This document shows positions 63,564 to 64,000 of a stretch of 64,000 nt of DNA, piece by piece. Position 1 is the first letter of the stretch, and the number at the start of each line of letters is the position of its first letter. This stretch comes from a virus: positions 2,724-66,723 of the IMG/VR virus record IMGVR_UViG_3300022841_000014. One strand, given 5' to 3'. Made by a program: the position numbers and the translations under genes. The notes under the pieces are model-generated. The model was not told the origin of the DNA. It saw nothing but the letters and a program-made list of their open reading frames with translations, and made no database searches.

Positions 63564-64000
63564 TTAACCTACAAAAATACCAGAACCTAAATCTGCTATT
63601 TTAAAATTAAAAGTCATATTATAAGGAGCTGAATCATCTGGAGTGTATGTTAATTCTCCATCTTTTATTTCATTAAACAAAATTATTTGATTAATATTTA
63701 CAGGTATTGAATTTAGATTAATAATACCAGTAGATGGTAAGCTTGTTATTTTAAGTTTATTTGCAGGGTCTCCTTCTGGGTCAGCATATGTAGGAGTAGT
63801 TTCAGTTGTAAAATTTTCTACAGTAAAAACTACTATTTCGTTATCACTTATAGTAAATGTTTTATTACCAACAGAACTAGGTGCTTGATTCATTATTGCT
63901 GTTACATCTGCTTTATAAGAAGCATTTGAACCTGTAAAATAATTTTCAGAACCTGTATCAGATAAATTAAAAGTAAAATTAAAACTGTAACCTGTTGTAA
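63564..64000 (-). CDS. structural protein with Ig/cadherin-like repeats, partial
   Basis: Frame is open to the window edge; FNFTFNLSDTGS is echoed by MTFNFKIADLGS. Confidence 0.65.
   Translation of the reverse strand, partial: TTGYSFNFTFNLSDTGSENYFTGSNASYKADVTAIMNQAPSSVGNKTFTISDNEIVVFTVENFTTETTPTYADPEGDPANKLKITSLPSTGIINLNSIPVNINQIILFNEIKDGELTYTPDDSAPYNMTFNFKIADLGSGIFVG

Overview
AT-rich segment of a crAss-like (Crassvirales-type) podophage of a Bacteroidota/Flavobacteriia host. The + strand (1-32087) carries the 3' part of a tmRNA, an interrupted tRNA-like gene, replication and nucleotide-metabolism genes (PolB, DnaB, primase, SSB, Sak4-like ATPase, ThyA, UNG, RusA-like resolvase, NrdAB, SF2 helicase) and a phiEco32-type amidoligase/ATP-grasp/glutamine-amidotransferase cluster. 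The - strand (32146-64000) carries three giant ejection proteins including the virion RNA polymerase (DFDID), tail/ring proteins and lysis genes. Main observation: 17 in-frame TGA codons, several at conserved Trp positions, interrupt ten + strand genes (mostly DNA-replication/dNTP genes, mostly near their 5' ends). All 17 are followed by a purine, none occur in about 32 kb of late genes, and the genuine gene ends checked are TAA/TAG. This suggests a TGA-readthrough gate on replication rather than the late-gene recoding usually described. Other notable signals: a tRNA scaffold with an 85-nt anticodon loop, terminal-only cysteines suggesting head-to-tail linkage of the three ejection proteins, and repeat-flanked DUF4326-like/NADAR-like modules plus a QLDLF motif at the RNAP C-terminus. 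Family calls come from motif recognition; no database search was run.
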